A stretch of 64,000 nucleotides of DNA from a virus (IMGVR_UViG_3300037067_012456:1-64000); one strand, 5' to 3'; counted from the stretch's first letter, positions 36,652-47,647 are shown. Numbers and translations: made by a program. Notes: a model not told the origin generated them from the letters alone.

Positions 36652-37935
36652 ATGCCCAAAACTGTACAGATGGTTAAAAATGAAGATAAAATTATTACAA
36701 ATGAAGAGTTATTTGAAGATTTAAAAAAAGTTGTAGATAAATATAAAAAAAAGAACCCAAAAGCTAAAAATTTACTTACTAGGGATTTTTATAGAAAAAA
36801 TAGTAATTATAAAGAGTCTGATTATAGTAAATTTGGTTCATTTAAAGATTTTATAGAAGTTTTTAAAAAAGGAAACAAAGAAATTCAAGAATTTGAAAAT
36901 GAAAAACAATTAATAATATTACAAGATGAAATATCAAAATTAAAACAAGACAAAGATAAATTACTTAAAAGATCTATTACTGAAGATAATCTTCTAGATA
37001 TCTACAAAGAATCTGTTGTTAAAGAATTTAAATACAAAGTATTCCCCCTTAAAAAAGAATCAACATCTAATAAAGATTTTATACTTAATTTTTCAGATTT
37101 ACATCTTGGAGAAGTTGTTATTCCAGAAGAAGTAAATTTTGTTAATGAATTTAATAAAAATATAGCTATTAAAAGAATGGATCAATTATTTGATAAATTA
37201 GTAAAATATGCTAAAAAAATCGTTGTTAGAGATCTTCATATAGAAATGAATGGAGATTTATTTTCTGGGGGTATTCATCAAGAACTTGTTAGAAATAGTG
37301 ATCTTAATGAAGTAGATGCTATATTCTATCTTCAACATTATATGATTCCAAAATTATGCTCTTTATCTGAATACTTTGATCACATTTTTGTTGATGTTCT
37401 TGTCGGGAATCATCCAAGAATTCTTATAGGTAAACCGTATTTTAAAGAACAAGTGAAAATGAATTTTGAATATATATTTGGTAAACAATTACAGATGTAT
37501 TTTGATTTATTATCAGAACAAGGTAAAAATGATAAAATAAGAATTAATATACCAGAATCTCCTTTTATGATTAAACAAGTTAGAAATACTAAGTTTCTTG
37601 TAACTCATGGTGATATTCTAACTGGTGCTGGAACTGGTGGTTTTCTTGGATTACCAGCATATTCAACAGCAATGTCTGCAGCAAAATTATATGGGATATT
37701 GCATCAATTGGGTATTACAGAAGAAACTAAATTTGATCATATTATTGCAGGACATCTTCATACAACAAGCAAAATTCCTATTTTTAATGGAGGATTCTGT
37801 TTCTATGGTGGATGTATAATTGGAACGAACGAATTTAGTTTGTTTAAAATGAAATCGGTTGCTAAAAAGGAACAATTAGTTTTAATTATAGACGATCAAG
37901 GTATTGATGGAGAAATTAATATTAGATTAGATTAA
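36652..37935 (+). CDS. metallophosphoesterase/nuclease with N-terminal coiled coil
   Basis: SDLHLG, NGD, GNH, THGD, GHLH. Confidence 0.85.
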   Translation: MPKTVQMVKNEDKIITNEELFEDLKKVVDKYKKKNPKAKNLLTRDFYRKNSNYKESDYSKFGSFKDFIEVFKKGNKEIQEFENEKQLIILQDEISKLKQDKDKLLKRSITEDNLLDIYKESVVKEFKYKVFPLKKESTSNKDFILNFSDLHLGEVVIPEEVNFVNEFNKNIAIKRMDQLFDKLVKYAKKIVVRDLHIEMNGDLFSGGIHQELVRNSDLNEVDAIFYLQHYMIPKLCSLSEYFDHIFVDVLVGNHPRILIGKPYFKEQVKMNFEYIFGKQLQMYFDLLSEQGKNDKIRINIPESPFMIKQVRNTKFLVTHGDILTGAGTGGFLGLPAYSTAMSAAKLYGILHQLGITEETKFDHIIAGHLHTTSKIPIFNGGFCFYGGCIIGTNEFSLFKMKSVAKKEQLVLIIDDQGIDGEINIRLD

Positions 37936-37957
37936 TTTCTATTAAATCCTATGAAAT

Positions 37958-37986
37958 AAAAAAAGCCCTCTTTATGGAGGGCTTTT
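37958..37986. terminator. bidirectional terminator between convergent genes
   Basis: aaaagccctc-tttatg-gagggctttt. Confidence 0.85.
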
Positions 37987-37995
37987 AATTTAATA

Positions 37996-38214
37996 CTACT
38001 TACTCTTCTTTTTGTTTTTTGCTTGATCGTTCTTCCACTTATCTCCACCCTTTTTAGGGGTAGTAGCTTTTTCTGGTTTTGAACCCTTTCCGATACCATA
38101 AGCTTTAAGAACATCTTTCCCACCAACAGTTGGTGTTTTACCTGTAGATTTCTTCATTTCCATTTTTTCAGGGATGGAAACTTTCTTCCCTTTTTGTGTT
38201 TTTACTTCTGCCAT
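37996..38214 (-). CDS. small Lys-rich protein
   Basis: aggag RBS; highly basic 72 aa; followed by a terminator. Confidence 0.65.
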   Translation of the reverse strand: MAEVKTQKGKKVSIPEKMEMKKSTGKTPTVGGKDVLKAYGIGKGSKPEKATTPKKGGDKWKNDQAKNKKKSK

Positions 38215-38348
38215 CTAATTTCTCCTTTAGATATATATTTATAATCCATTTTTTGGAATTATTTATTCTTGGTCTTGGTGGCGATAAATTTTTTGGTCTT
38301 TTTCCAATAACATTTTCTACTAATATTGAAGACTCTTCTTTTTTCATA

Positions 38349-39713
38349 TTATCCTATTGCTTTTAATGTTTGATAATCACCATCTATTGTCATTATATCT
38401 TCAAATGCTGGTATATAACAAATTGGTTTCTCATATTCTTTTGCTTGTAATATTATTCCATATTCTCCATCAACTTCAATAAATGAATTAGCATCTGCCT
38501 TTTCATTAGTTGGTACAAAATTTAAATAATTTAACATTGTTTTAGGAACATCTATAATATGCCCTAATGATGTTAAATAAATTCTTGATATTTTATCTGT
38601 CTTAGATAATTGAAATCCTATATATGATTTTGGAACAGGTGTTAAAATACCTGGAAATTGATAATACATAAAATTTTGAGTTAATTTTATAGGTCTTATA
38701 TCTTCTTCCCACACCTGATCTGCTGTTTTTCTAATTATATTCATTAATTCTGCATAAGTTGATTCTTCTGGTAGATTCTTTAAAAAAGTTTGTCTCTCTA
38801 TTTCTTTTTTTAATTTTTCTTTTTCTCTTTCTTGTATATTAAAAAGTTGTTGTTTAGAAGTATATGGTAAAGCTTCATCTATATCTTTTTGTGTTATAAA
38901 TGACCATCTATTAACAGTTACTTCAGTAAGTTTATCATATAATTCTTTCTTAAAATTTGTCAAGGACTTTTTATCCGCATACATAGGTAAACCAGGAGCA
39001 TTATCAGGAATACTTTGATAATTAGTTGGTTTTGGAAATACTAACGAACAATTACACGAAGGGTGGCTGAGTGCTATAATAGGTTTAGCAGGAGAATACC
39101 CATGTTTTTCTGCGTGATTTTGAGCATTTTTTAATATAGAATTAATATTATATGTATTACCAGATCTTATTAAACAAATTGGGGTACTAACTTTTTCTCT
39201 TGTTCTATTTCCATATGCATCTGTTATAAATATATATTGTCTGTGTAAATGACAGTTATTGGAATCCCATTCTGGACCCAATACCCATGTTCCTATTCTA
39301 TATCCCATAGCTTTTAGATACTCTAATACTGTAAGAGAAGAATCTTTATGTTGATCTTCATCTATGTCAAATTCAGCTTGATTTACAATAGATGGAAAAA
39401 ATTGATTTAAAACACCAAATTCTGGTGCTCTTTCTTCTATTGGAGGCTTTTTTTTAAGTTTTGGTGCTATAGGTTGTTTACGTTGTAAAGTTTCTTTATA
39501 TTCTTGTTCTGGTGTTTTTGGAGGAGAAATAGGTTGTACTGGAGGTTGTACTGGAACCGCAGTTACTGGTTTTTTTGTAATTATTTGTGGAGTTAGTGGA
39601 TTAGATTCAAGATCAGACGCACGTTCTTCTATATCTTTATTAGTTAATGAATTTTGAATATTCTTTTCAAAATTAGAATAATCAAAAAGTGCTGCTTGTT
39701 TTTTAGAATCCAT
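38349..39713 (-). CDS. hypothetical protein with a minor-head-protein-like HPxCxC motif
   Basis: HPSCNCSL resembles the HPNCRC motif of Mu gpF-like head proteins. Confidence 0.45.
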   Translation of the reverse strand: MDSKKQAALFDYSNFEKNIQNSLTNKDIEERASDLESNPLTPQIITKKPVTAVPVQPPVQPISPPKTPEQEYKETLQRKQPIAPKLKKKPPIEERAPEFGVLNQFFPSIVNQAEFDIDEDQHKDSSLTVLEYLKAMGYRIGTWVLGPEWDSNNCHLHRQYIFITDAYGNRTREKVSTPICLIRSGNTYNINSILKNAQNHAEKHGYSPAKPIIALSHPSCNCSLVFPKPTNYQSIPDNAPGLPMYADKKSLTNFKKELYDKLTEVTVNRWSFITQKDIDEALPYTSKQQLFNIQEREKEKLKKEIERQTFLKNLPEESTYAELMNIIRKTADQVWEEDIRPIKLTQNFMYYQFPGILTPVPKSYIGFQLSKTDKISRIYLTSLGHIIDVPKTMLNYLNFVPTNEKADANSFIEVDGEYGIILQAKEYEKPICYIPAFEDIMTIDGDYQTLKAIG

Positions 39714-40663
39714 TAAATTATATTTCCAGATAATATTTGGTAAATATTAACTACATCATTGGCTGTTAAATAGGTATTTTTATAGAGGGCATAAATTTCA
39801 AATATGATCTTTAAATAACCATATCTTTGTAAAACTTTATAAATCAAATTTCCCTCAGAATAATTAATAGATCCCATTAATTTTTCAAGATCACTATTAA
39901 GTTCTTTTTTAGTAAATTCACTTTTCCTTAAAATTTTAACAATATTTCTATCTTTATTAATTTCTTCAATATCTTTATTTATATTTTGTAATGATGTTTT
40001 TATATCATTATGTAATAAAGCAAGATCATCTTTATCTAAAGTTTTCATATAATCTCTAAGAACTAAAAAATCTATGCTATCTCTTTTTGCTCTTTCTATA
40101 TCAACAACTATTTTTTCAATATATTTTTGAGCTTTTTCTTTAGCATAGTTTAATACATAGGATGAAGACATTTTACCTTCAAATTTTTTTGGTTCTTTAA
40201 TCCATTTATCGGTTATAAGATTATATAAACTATCATATTTAATTAAACTACTTTCACTTGCTTCTTCTTCTGTAAAGAAATAGAAATCTAAAGGATGTAA
40301 AGTTCTTGGTATAAAATCAGTTAAAAAATGACTTTTTCTACCAGCTTCAATTAATTCATCACAAATATCTTCTCCAGTAGAATCTCTATATTCAATATTA
40401 TATGATTTAAAATTATTAATATTTATAACTACTTTTATATCCAAATCAGAATCATCTCTATAAAAATAGGTGGCTAAAGAAGATCCTATAAATAAATGCG
40501 AAACAAATTCATTTGCAGCTTTTATACTAATACTAGTAAAAAATCCCATAAGAGCTTTATAAATATAAGATTTAATATATGGGTGTATTTTATTATTTTC
40601 CCAAATTTCTGGACATAGAATAGTCCGTTGATAATCTAAAATAGAGGATTGTTTATTCATCAT
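39713..40663 (-). CDS. Pol-beta-superfamily nucleotidyltransferase
   Basis: IGSSL...DSDLD motif. Confidence 0.75.
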   Translation of the reverse strand: MMNKQSSILDYQRTILCPEIWENNKIHPYIKSYIYKALMGFFTSISIKAANEFVSHLFIGSSLATYFYRDDSDLDIKVVININNFKSYNIEYRDSTGEDICDELIEAGRKSHFLTDFIPRTLHPLDFYFFTEEEASESSLIKYDSLYNLITDKWIKEPKKFEGKMSSSYVLNYAKEKAQKYIEKIVVDIERAKRDSIDFLVLRDYMKTLDKDDLALLHNDIKTSLQNINKDIEEINKDRNIVKILRKSEFTKKELNSDLEKLMGSINYSEGNLIYKVLQRYGYLKIIFEIYALYKNTYLTANDVVNIYQILSGNII

Positions 40664-41329
40664 CGTCTGAATTTTTGTAATCTTGAATGATATTTGTAAG
40701 TTTTTCTGTTTTCTTTAGTAGTAGAATAGATTGATCATGAGATATATTTATATTAGCAAACCATTCATCACTTGTATACATTATTTCAACTATTGCATCA
40801 CGGATTTCATTTAAGAAAAAAACCAAATTTCTATCTTTATTCATACGATCAATTTGTTCTAATTGACCAATTGAATATTCACATTTTTGACGAATAATAT
40901 TTTCAAATAATTGTGTCATTAATCTATATCACCATAAGGTTCTGAAGTTGTGTGTACTTTAGTAAAATCACCTTCTTTTAATTTAAATACACTTTCTTTT
41001 GATAGCAACTGTGATCCACCAGTATCCCATTTAACTAAAATGGTATCACCATCATTTTTAATTCCTTTTACTGTTCCCTCACGACCAGTCATTCTTGATC
41101 TGACACTATTACCAATAGCGATATCTTCTTCTTTAATAAAAGTAGAAATTAGATCTTCTCTTGCAGCTTTCTTAAATGTATTTTTAATAGCAGTTGTACT
41201 ATATTTATATCCATAAGTAGCAAACCAATCTGCTAATTTATCCATTTCAAAATTTCTTTCTAACATTCTATATAATGTATCTATATAATCTTGTTTACTT
41301 TCTTTATTAATTGGTCTCATTTTTTACCT

Positions 41330-41998
41330 CTATGTTTCTATTAAAATTGGAGTATCTTGATTCATTTTATCTATTATTAAATATTTTAAATTAGCTCTTT
41401 TTTCATCTTGTCCTAATGAGTATTCTGCTGGTAAGTCATTACTTCTTGTAAATTTTCCACCAAAACAAAATTTTATTGCTGTATCTCCAGATTTAAATTC
41501 AAATTCATACCATGATTTTTTATCAGGATTATCAAATAAATAAAATCTACTATCTTTATCATAATCTCCTATATTATAAAACACATCAGGAGATTGTTCT
41601 TCTAATTTTTTATTTGGCTCTGCTCCAGAATTAACTATATAAATTTTATTTGTAGCTTTAATAACAAGAGGTAATTCTTCCAAATATTGCTTAATGGCAT
41701 ATTGATTTTCTGCAGTTTTAAACCATTGAGGAGTATTATTAATATTTTTATTAATTAAATTAAATTCATTTTTACCTTTAACAGAATAAGTATTATGATT
41801 ATTCATAATAAAATAAAGACATTCTAATGATAAATCTATATTTTCATCAATTATATTACCTGTAGCAATTAATGTATCATTTTTATTAAAATTTTGTTCA
41901 TAAAGAGCATCAATTAATAATTCATAATTGCCACAAATATCACCAAATATGAAATATCTATCTGTTTTTAAATTTGATAAATCTAAAACAAAATCCAT
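41330..41998 (-). CDS. degenerate Ser/Thr-phosphatase-like protein
   Basis: GDICG / GNIID / KGKNE in place of GDIHG / GDxVD / GNHE. Confidence 0.7.
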   Translation of the reverse strand: MDFVLDLSNLKTDRYFIFGDICGNYELLIDALYEQNFNKNDTLIATGNIIDENIDLSLECLYFIMNNHNTYSVKGKNEFNLINKNINNTPQWFKTAENQYAIKQYLEELPLVIKATNKIYIVNSGAEPNKKLEEQSPDVFYNIGDYDKDSRFYLFDNPDKKSWYEFEFKSGDTAIKFCFGGKFTRSNDLPAEYSLGQDEKRANLKYLIIDKMNQDTPILIET

Positions 41999-42309
41999 TA
42001 AATTATATACCTTTTATATAAAAATGAGTAATTTTCTTACTTTGTTAAGTAAATAATTATACTTTTTCATATAAAACAAAATTGTTATTTTTTGTTAAAA
42101 AGAAATTGTATAAGTACCGTTTCCTTATAAGAATAGCACCAAAACCATATGGACATCTAAAATGAACAAAATTGCCTTTATCGTCATTTATTTCATAATC
42201 AAAAGTAAAATATTCTTCCTCATTTTTCATTTTAAGAATATCTCCGCTAGATAATTCTTGCATAGATTTAGATTTAAGTATTTCTTGTAATTTAAATAAT
42301 TTCATGATA

Positions 42310-43095
42310 TTATCCATTATTTATAAATCTTTTTGGAAGACCAGATTTTCCCTTTTGTATTAATTTACCAAATAATATCATTCCTTTCGGAGTCATATGA
42401 ACTCCATCAGAATTCATATCTGATTTAGGCAAAATATGATTTTTTTCTATAAAATTTTTAATAAGAGGTAAAAATACTGAATTTGAATCATTCAATACCC
42501 ATTTAATAAGATTAGTATCATAGGCAGTAAAATTTAATATGGCATAAGATATTAAAGTTGCTGGTAAACCATATAAAATTATTCGTGCTTGTGGATATAA
42601 TTCTCTAATTCGATTCAATAAAATTATACATTGTTCATTAACAGAATTAATCTCTTGATGAACAAGAATTGCATTTCCATTAGGAGTTCCAATAACAATA
42701 TTTTTAGGAATATAATTATATTGTTTAAAAAGAGGTTCTAAATCATTTACCAATTGTAGCATATGATGAGACCAGGCACCACCCAAAGCATGATTCATTT
42801 TAGGTTTTATACTATCTATTCTATCTCTACATTGAGCTAAAATAGAATCTCCAATACCCCAAGTTTTATCATTATCATTAGCCATATCTTTTTTAGCATA
42901 GCTAATAAAATTATTTTTACAGGTATTTAAATGATTAGTATAATTTGGATGTGGTATATATGGACCAATTTGAGGAGTTGGAATTTTAGACCACAAAGCT
43001 ATATCCATTTCTCGTATTTTATCTTTTTGAGATTGATATTTTTTTGCATAATATAAAGTTTCTATTTCTGCTATTATTCTAGAAAATAATCCCAT
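42310..43095 (-). CDS. SGNH/GDSL hydrolase
   Basis: IGDSI block I and C-terminal DGVH. Confidence 0.75.
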   Translation of the reverse strand: MGLFSRIIAEIETLYYAKKYQSQKDKIREMDIALWSKIPTPQIGPYIPHPNYTNHLNTCKNNFISYAKKDMANDNDKTWGIGDSILAQCRDRIDSIKPKMNHALGGAWSHHMLQLVNDLEPLFKQYNYIPKNIVIGTPNGNAILVHQEINSVNEQCIILLNRIRELYPQARIILYGLPATLISYAILNFTAYDTNLIKWVLNDSNSVFLPLIKNFIEKNHILPKSDMNSDGVHMTPKGMILFGKLIQKGKSGLPKRFINNG

Positions 43096-43573
43096 TTTTA
43101 TCTCCTTATTTTATTGAATATTTGCAATAATCAACTATTTCATTAAATTTATCTATATCAGCTTTACTATCACCGGTCATTTGAAATTCTAACATTTTAG
43201 AATTTATACATATTTCAAATTGTGCTTTAACTTCTGCATACGTTTTTTTAGTACAACTTTTATAAGAAAATACTGATACCAAGATAAAAACTATAATACC
43301 TATAAATATAGGAGATTTTGAACTCATACTATCCTCTCTTTTTTAATTAAATATTTTCTGATTTATCTAATGGACAAAAAGATGGAAATCCATCTTTTTT
43401 TATTGATTTTATATATTTTATTTTATATTTACTATCATGAAATTTTGGATGTTTACAAATTTTTACTTCTTCCCAATTATCTATTGTGTAATAACCACAT
43501 ATAGTATCACATCTAAATAATTCTAATATCCTTGGCATATATACCTCTATAAAATAATATAGTTATTTATACT

Positions 43574-43614
43574 ATATTGAAGAGTAAAAAATTATTAATT
43601 TTTCATTCTTCAAT
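43574..43614. terminator. hairpin/terminator downstream of the TerD-like gene
   Basis: inverted repeat tattgaaga...tcttcaata with inner aaaaatt/aattttt. Confidence 0.5.
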
Positions 43615-43678
43615 ATTTTTTACATAAACAGTTAAACCACATACACTACAAACTAAAATATGTGCATCTTCTATTTGT

Positions 43679-45601
43679 TCATTTTAATAAATTAATAATT
43701 GTATCTTTTTCTAATGATTCTGGTGATAAATCAATATCACATTCTAATTTATCATCAACTTTTATAGCTCCTGCTTTAAATATCAAATCGTTTAAAGTAA
43801 TCATATTAGTTAATGAATTAATTAGATATTTTCTACTATATTCTGTATATTCATTAACAGATGAAGTAATATTATTTCCTAAATATGATTCATTAAAATA
43901 AAATTTACATTCATTTGTTGTTACAACTACTAAACCTATAGTTTTCTGTTTTTGATCTATTTTAGAAGAAGCTATAGCTAATACATTATTAGGATCTACT
44001 AAACAATTTTTATTAAAAGGACCTGGAGCTTTTAATCCTACCATTATTTTAAATGGTACTTCTTGATCCATATATCCTTTAGAAAACGTAAAATTATTCA
44101 ATTGTACTAAATAGGATGATTTTATTTGTTTATGTATATAAAATAATTCTGTAGCTCCATCTGGTTTAGGAGCAGTAGTCATATCTCCAGAAAATAATAT
44201 ATTACTATTGCTAGTCCTATAAGCTCCATCCCATCCTATTTTACCTTCATTTATATTTAACATAGATAAATCTAAGTCAATTCTATCATCATTAGTATTT
44301 TCCCAATGCACACCAAAAATCATATCTTTTGGTGTGGATATACAAGTACCAGAAGGAAAATATCCAGTAAATCTTTTTTCAGTAGATGGTAATGTATATG
44401 TTATATAATTAGGAATATATACTTTTTTACCTTCAACATTGACTTTTAGATCTTGTATAATTGAATCTAGAACTATATTAAGAATCAATTTAGCATTGTT
44501 TTGATCTTCAAAAGAAAATTTTGTAGAAAATGCTTTATCATTTCTAATAGTATATTGAATAGAATCAAAATTTTTAGTTCTATATTGAAGAGCATATGCT
44601 AAACGAATCTTTCTAAAAATATTCGCTTTTGATAGTTCTTGTTTTAGAGTAGCTATCTTAATACCTTCGTTATTTTTTATTTTTGAAGTAATTTCATTTA
44701 AATAATCTATTGGCATTGGTTTATGATATGTATTAGCAAGTCTTCTAATTTTATTTATAATTGGATTTAAATCTACTTCTCTATTACGAAATGCTAAAAA
44801 TAATGGTTTAAATCTATAAAAAATTTCTGCTAATTTATCTAAACCATTTTCTTTGTTATATCTATTAAATAATTTATAAATATCATAATTAACTGTAATA
44901 GCTTGAATTGTTGTTTTATTTTTAATAAGTAAACTTTTTCCTGTACTTTTAAAGATAACATATCTTAAAAATTCAACAGGTTCATTAGGAATAATATTAA
45001 GAGCATCATATAATCTAATTTTTACTTCTTTATTTTTAATTAAATTAATATTAATACTATATTCAGGATTTTCAACAATAGATACAATATCTTTCATTGT
45101 ATCTTCATTTAAAGCAATACCAGATTGTAAAATATCAAGAATTTTATCTTTTAATTCCTCTACAGTATATCCTTTAATAATTGTAAAAATAAATTTATCT
45201 ATACCTATTTTTTTAAAAATGTTATTATATTCAATTTTCGGAATAACTAATTTTTCAGCAGGAATATAAACATAATTTTCATTATAAGCACCCAAAGACT
45301 CAAATCCATATGTAGTTAGATAATGAATAAATTGTTCCATTACGAGTTGATCTATAGAGGCTTCTTTAATCTTTTTCCAAGATTTGTGGAAAGAAGCATT
45401 CATTTGTTGAGGAGTTAAACCAAGATCTTTATTTATTATATTAATAATACTATTTAATTCTTCTTCTGAATAATTGTACATAACTTCAGGAGAAAAAATA
45501 AAACCATATTGTATGGTTTTATTAATTAGAGAAGAATTAATTTTCTTTCTTTTTGTTTTAATAGGAAGAGCTTTAAAAAGACGTAATGTTTGTTTTTTCA
45601 T
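43679..45601 (-). CDS. large helical protein with C-terminal TerD-like domain (possible TROVE/Ro-like-TerD fusion)
   Basis: C-terminal GVHW...IDLDLS...IGWD...FSGDMTTAP...GATE is TerD-like; the N-terminal ~400 aa look helical; TROVE assignment is inference. Confidence 0.6.
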   Translation of the reverse strand: MKKQTLRLFKALPIKTKRKKINSSLINKTIQYGFIFSPEVMYNYSEEELNSIINIINKDLGLTPQQMNASFHKSWKKIKEASIDQLVMEQFIHYLTTYGFESLGAYNENYVYIPAEKLVIPKIEYNNIFKKIGIDKFIFTIIKGYTVEELKDKILDILQSGIALNEDTMKDIVSIVENPEYSININLIKNKEVKIRLYDALNIIPNEPVEFLRYVIFKSTGKSLLIKNKTTIQAITVNYDIYKLFNRYNKENGLDKLAEIFYRFKPLFLAFRNREVDLNPIINKIRRLANTYHKPMPIDYLNEITSKIKNNEGIKIATLKQELSKANIFRKIRLAYALQYRTKNFDSIQYTIRNDKAFSTKFSFEDQNNAKLILNIVLDSIIQDLKVNVEGKKVYIPNYITYTLPSTEKRFTGYFPSGTCISTPKDMIFGVHWENTNDDRIDLDLSMLNINEGKIGWDGAYRTSNSNILFSGDMTTAPKPDGATELFYIHKQIKSSYLVQLNNFTFSKGYMDQEVPFKIMVGLKAPGPFNKNCLVDPNNVLAIASSKIDQKQKTIGLVVVTTNECKFYFNESYLGNNITSSVNEYTEYSRKYLINSLTNMITLNDLIFKAGAIKVDDKLECDIDLSPESLEKDTIINLLK

Positions 45602-45613
45602 ATTAATTTCCTT

Positions 45614-45794
45614 ATAAGGCGAGAGGTAAATTCAGTGTTATAGAGTTATAAATAGGAACCTCTTATGCCTTATTATTTTAAATGGCGAAAAGTAAATACA
45701 TAAATGGTTTGTTTAATAGGAACTTTTTATGCCATTTTTAAAGCGGGTGGTAGATCACCTATAGATTTTTTTAATAGGAACCACCTTTGCTTTA
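45614..45794 (-). repeat. array of three covarying hairpin ncRNA units (45614-45673, 45680-45737, 45739-45794)
   Basis: shared GC-AWA-[6-bp stem]-UCCUAUU...AUYU-[stem]-C-GC architecture with compensatory stem changes. Confidence 0.85.
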
Positions 45795-45797
45795 TAT

Positions 45798-45828
45798 ATT
45801 ATATAATATATTTATTCAAATTTGTCAA
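45798..45828 (-). promoter_or_regulatory. sigma70-type promoter starting transcription at the first hairpin unit
   Basis: TTGACA followed by TATATA (17-nt spacer) or TATAAT (19-nt spacer). Confidence 0.7.
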
Positions 45829-46811
45829 GAAAATATTATAAAGTTTCTGAATCTATTTCAAAATCTTCTTCTGGCACATCTGAATCAAAGTTATCAAAGT
45901 CTATATCAAGATCTTTAAATATAATATTTTCATCATCAGCATATGCTCCAAGACCATTAAGTATAGTTTCTTTAGTAAAACTCATACCCAACATAGCTCT
46001 AACAAAAACATTTATAAATTCATATACATTAGAAGAAGAGTCAAAAGAACTATCTGATATAAGACTTACATTTTCATTATTTGCTTCATTATTCTCAATA
46101 AAAGGATTTGTTGCTTCAATACTAATTGTTAACATTATATTCTCCTATTTTTATATTAATTTTCCATACTTAATTTTTTTCTATAAAATTTTATTTCTTC
46201 TTTAATTCTATCAGATTTTATCCAAGGATTATAATTAATTTCTCCAGGAATAAGCATATTTACACATTTTTCCCAAAAAACAGCATTAGCTAAACATTGT
46301 ATTTCTTCACCAGGCCAACCTTCAATAATTTTATCATTTATTGCTACGGTTGCTATTTTTTTATTATCTTTCTTAATATCAATCTTCATCTTTAAACACT
46401 TTATTATATGATAAATCATTAAGAATTTGCTCTCCCGCAGAAATAAATAAATCTACATTATCAGAGAGTTCTGGTTGTATTTGATTTTTATTTCTTTCTG
46501 TAAGACTTTCAATTTCAGCCATCATTGCTTTCATAATCCACATGAGAGCTTTTTTAATAGTTATAAGATCTTTATCTGTCATAGTATATATTATTATATC
46601 CTTAATTATATATCTCTATAATCTTTAAAATTTTTTCCAAGAAATTCTAATATTTTAGTTCTATAAGTATCTATTTCTTCTTTTGTAGAAAGCCAAATAC
46701 GGTATCCTTCTATTTCTTTTGTATAAAAGAGTTTATTAAAAATTTCTATAGCTTTATCAATAGCAGCATCATTTGTTTCTTCATTTAAAGCAATTGCTAA
46801 GTGAATTGTTC

Positions 46812-47363
46812 TCATTTTGCTGTTCCTTTTAATATTTTATTATAAAAAACTAAAATTTCTTCCATTGATACTGGTCTATAATTCCAAACATCAACCCCAA
46901 CATTTATAATAGGAATATTAACAATTTTAGGATCTTCGGTATTATATTGAAATTTCCAAAGATTATGTATATGACCACATAATGCAAAATCACAAAACTC
47001 TGGTACTTCTGGTCGCATCATTGGAGGTCTATGTTGAGCAAAAACTTGATATCCACCAAATTCTAATAAAGCAGCCATTAAAATAGATTTAACTCCATTA
47101 TTAATATCATGATTTCCTGTTATATGGATAATCTTTCCATTTAATTTCTTTTCCCAATAATGTGCTTTATTATTTCCTCCTTCTTTTCCTCCACGAAAGC
47201 ACCAATCTCCTAAATTATATACAATATCATCTGGTTTAACTCTTTGATTCCAATTATTTATTAATTTACTATTCATATCATCCACATTTTTAAATGGACG
47301 ATTACAAAATTTAATTATTGATGCGTGTGCAAAGTGAGTGTCTGCACAAAAGAAGGTTTTCAT
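46812..47363 (-). CDS. calcineurin-like phosphoesterase
   Basis: ADTHF.H, LGD, GNHD, GHIH, NVGVD. Confidence 0.9.
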   Translation of the reverse strand: MKTFFCADTHFAHASIIKFCNRPFKNVDDMNSKLINNWNQRVKPDDIVYNLGDWCFRGGKEGGNNKAHYWEKKLNGKIIHITGNHDINNGVKSILMAALLEFGGYQVFAQHRPPMMRPEVPEFCDFALCGHIHNLWKFQYNTEDPKIVNIPIINVGVDVWNYRPVSMEEILVFYNKILKGTAK

Positions 47364-47647
47364 ATCATTACCATGTTTTAGTTTTTTTAATTACTTCTAA
47401 AAAATGTTTCAAAGTATCTTCAGTTTTATATTCTTGATTAATACCATCTATATAATATAAAGTATCTGTTTTTCCAATACCTATTCCTTCATGAGTTTTA
47501 TGTACAATAACTTCTTTTTGAACACCAAGTTTTTTATCTCTATAAGTTGTAATCCACTTTGTTTCTTGAGATTCAAATGCTGTTTTTTTCCATTCAATCA
47601 TTCTTTTACACACAAAAAAGGTATTATATACACATCTATTTAATGAC

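Noticed and set aside
39713-40663. CCA-adding enzyme for the CCA-less tRNAs
   Set aside because: Only the generic GS...DxD motif is visible; class II CCA motifs (RRD, EDxxR) are absent.
45614-45794. CRISPR mini-array interpretation of the three repeats
   Set aside because: Units vary in stem sequence with compensatory changes, have no spacer-length unique segments between them, and no cas genes are visible.
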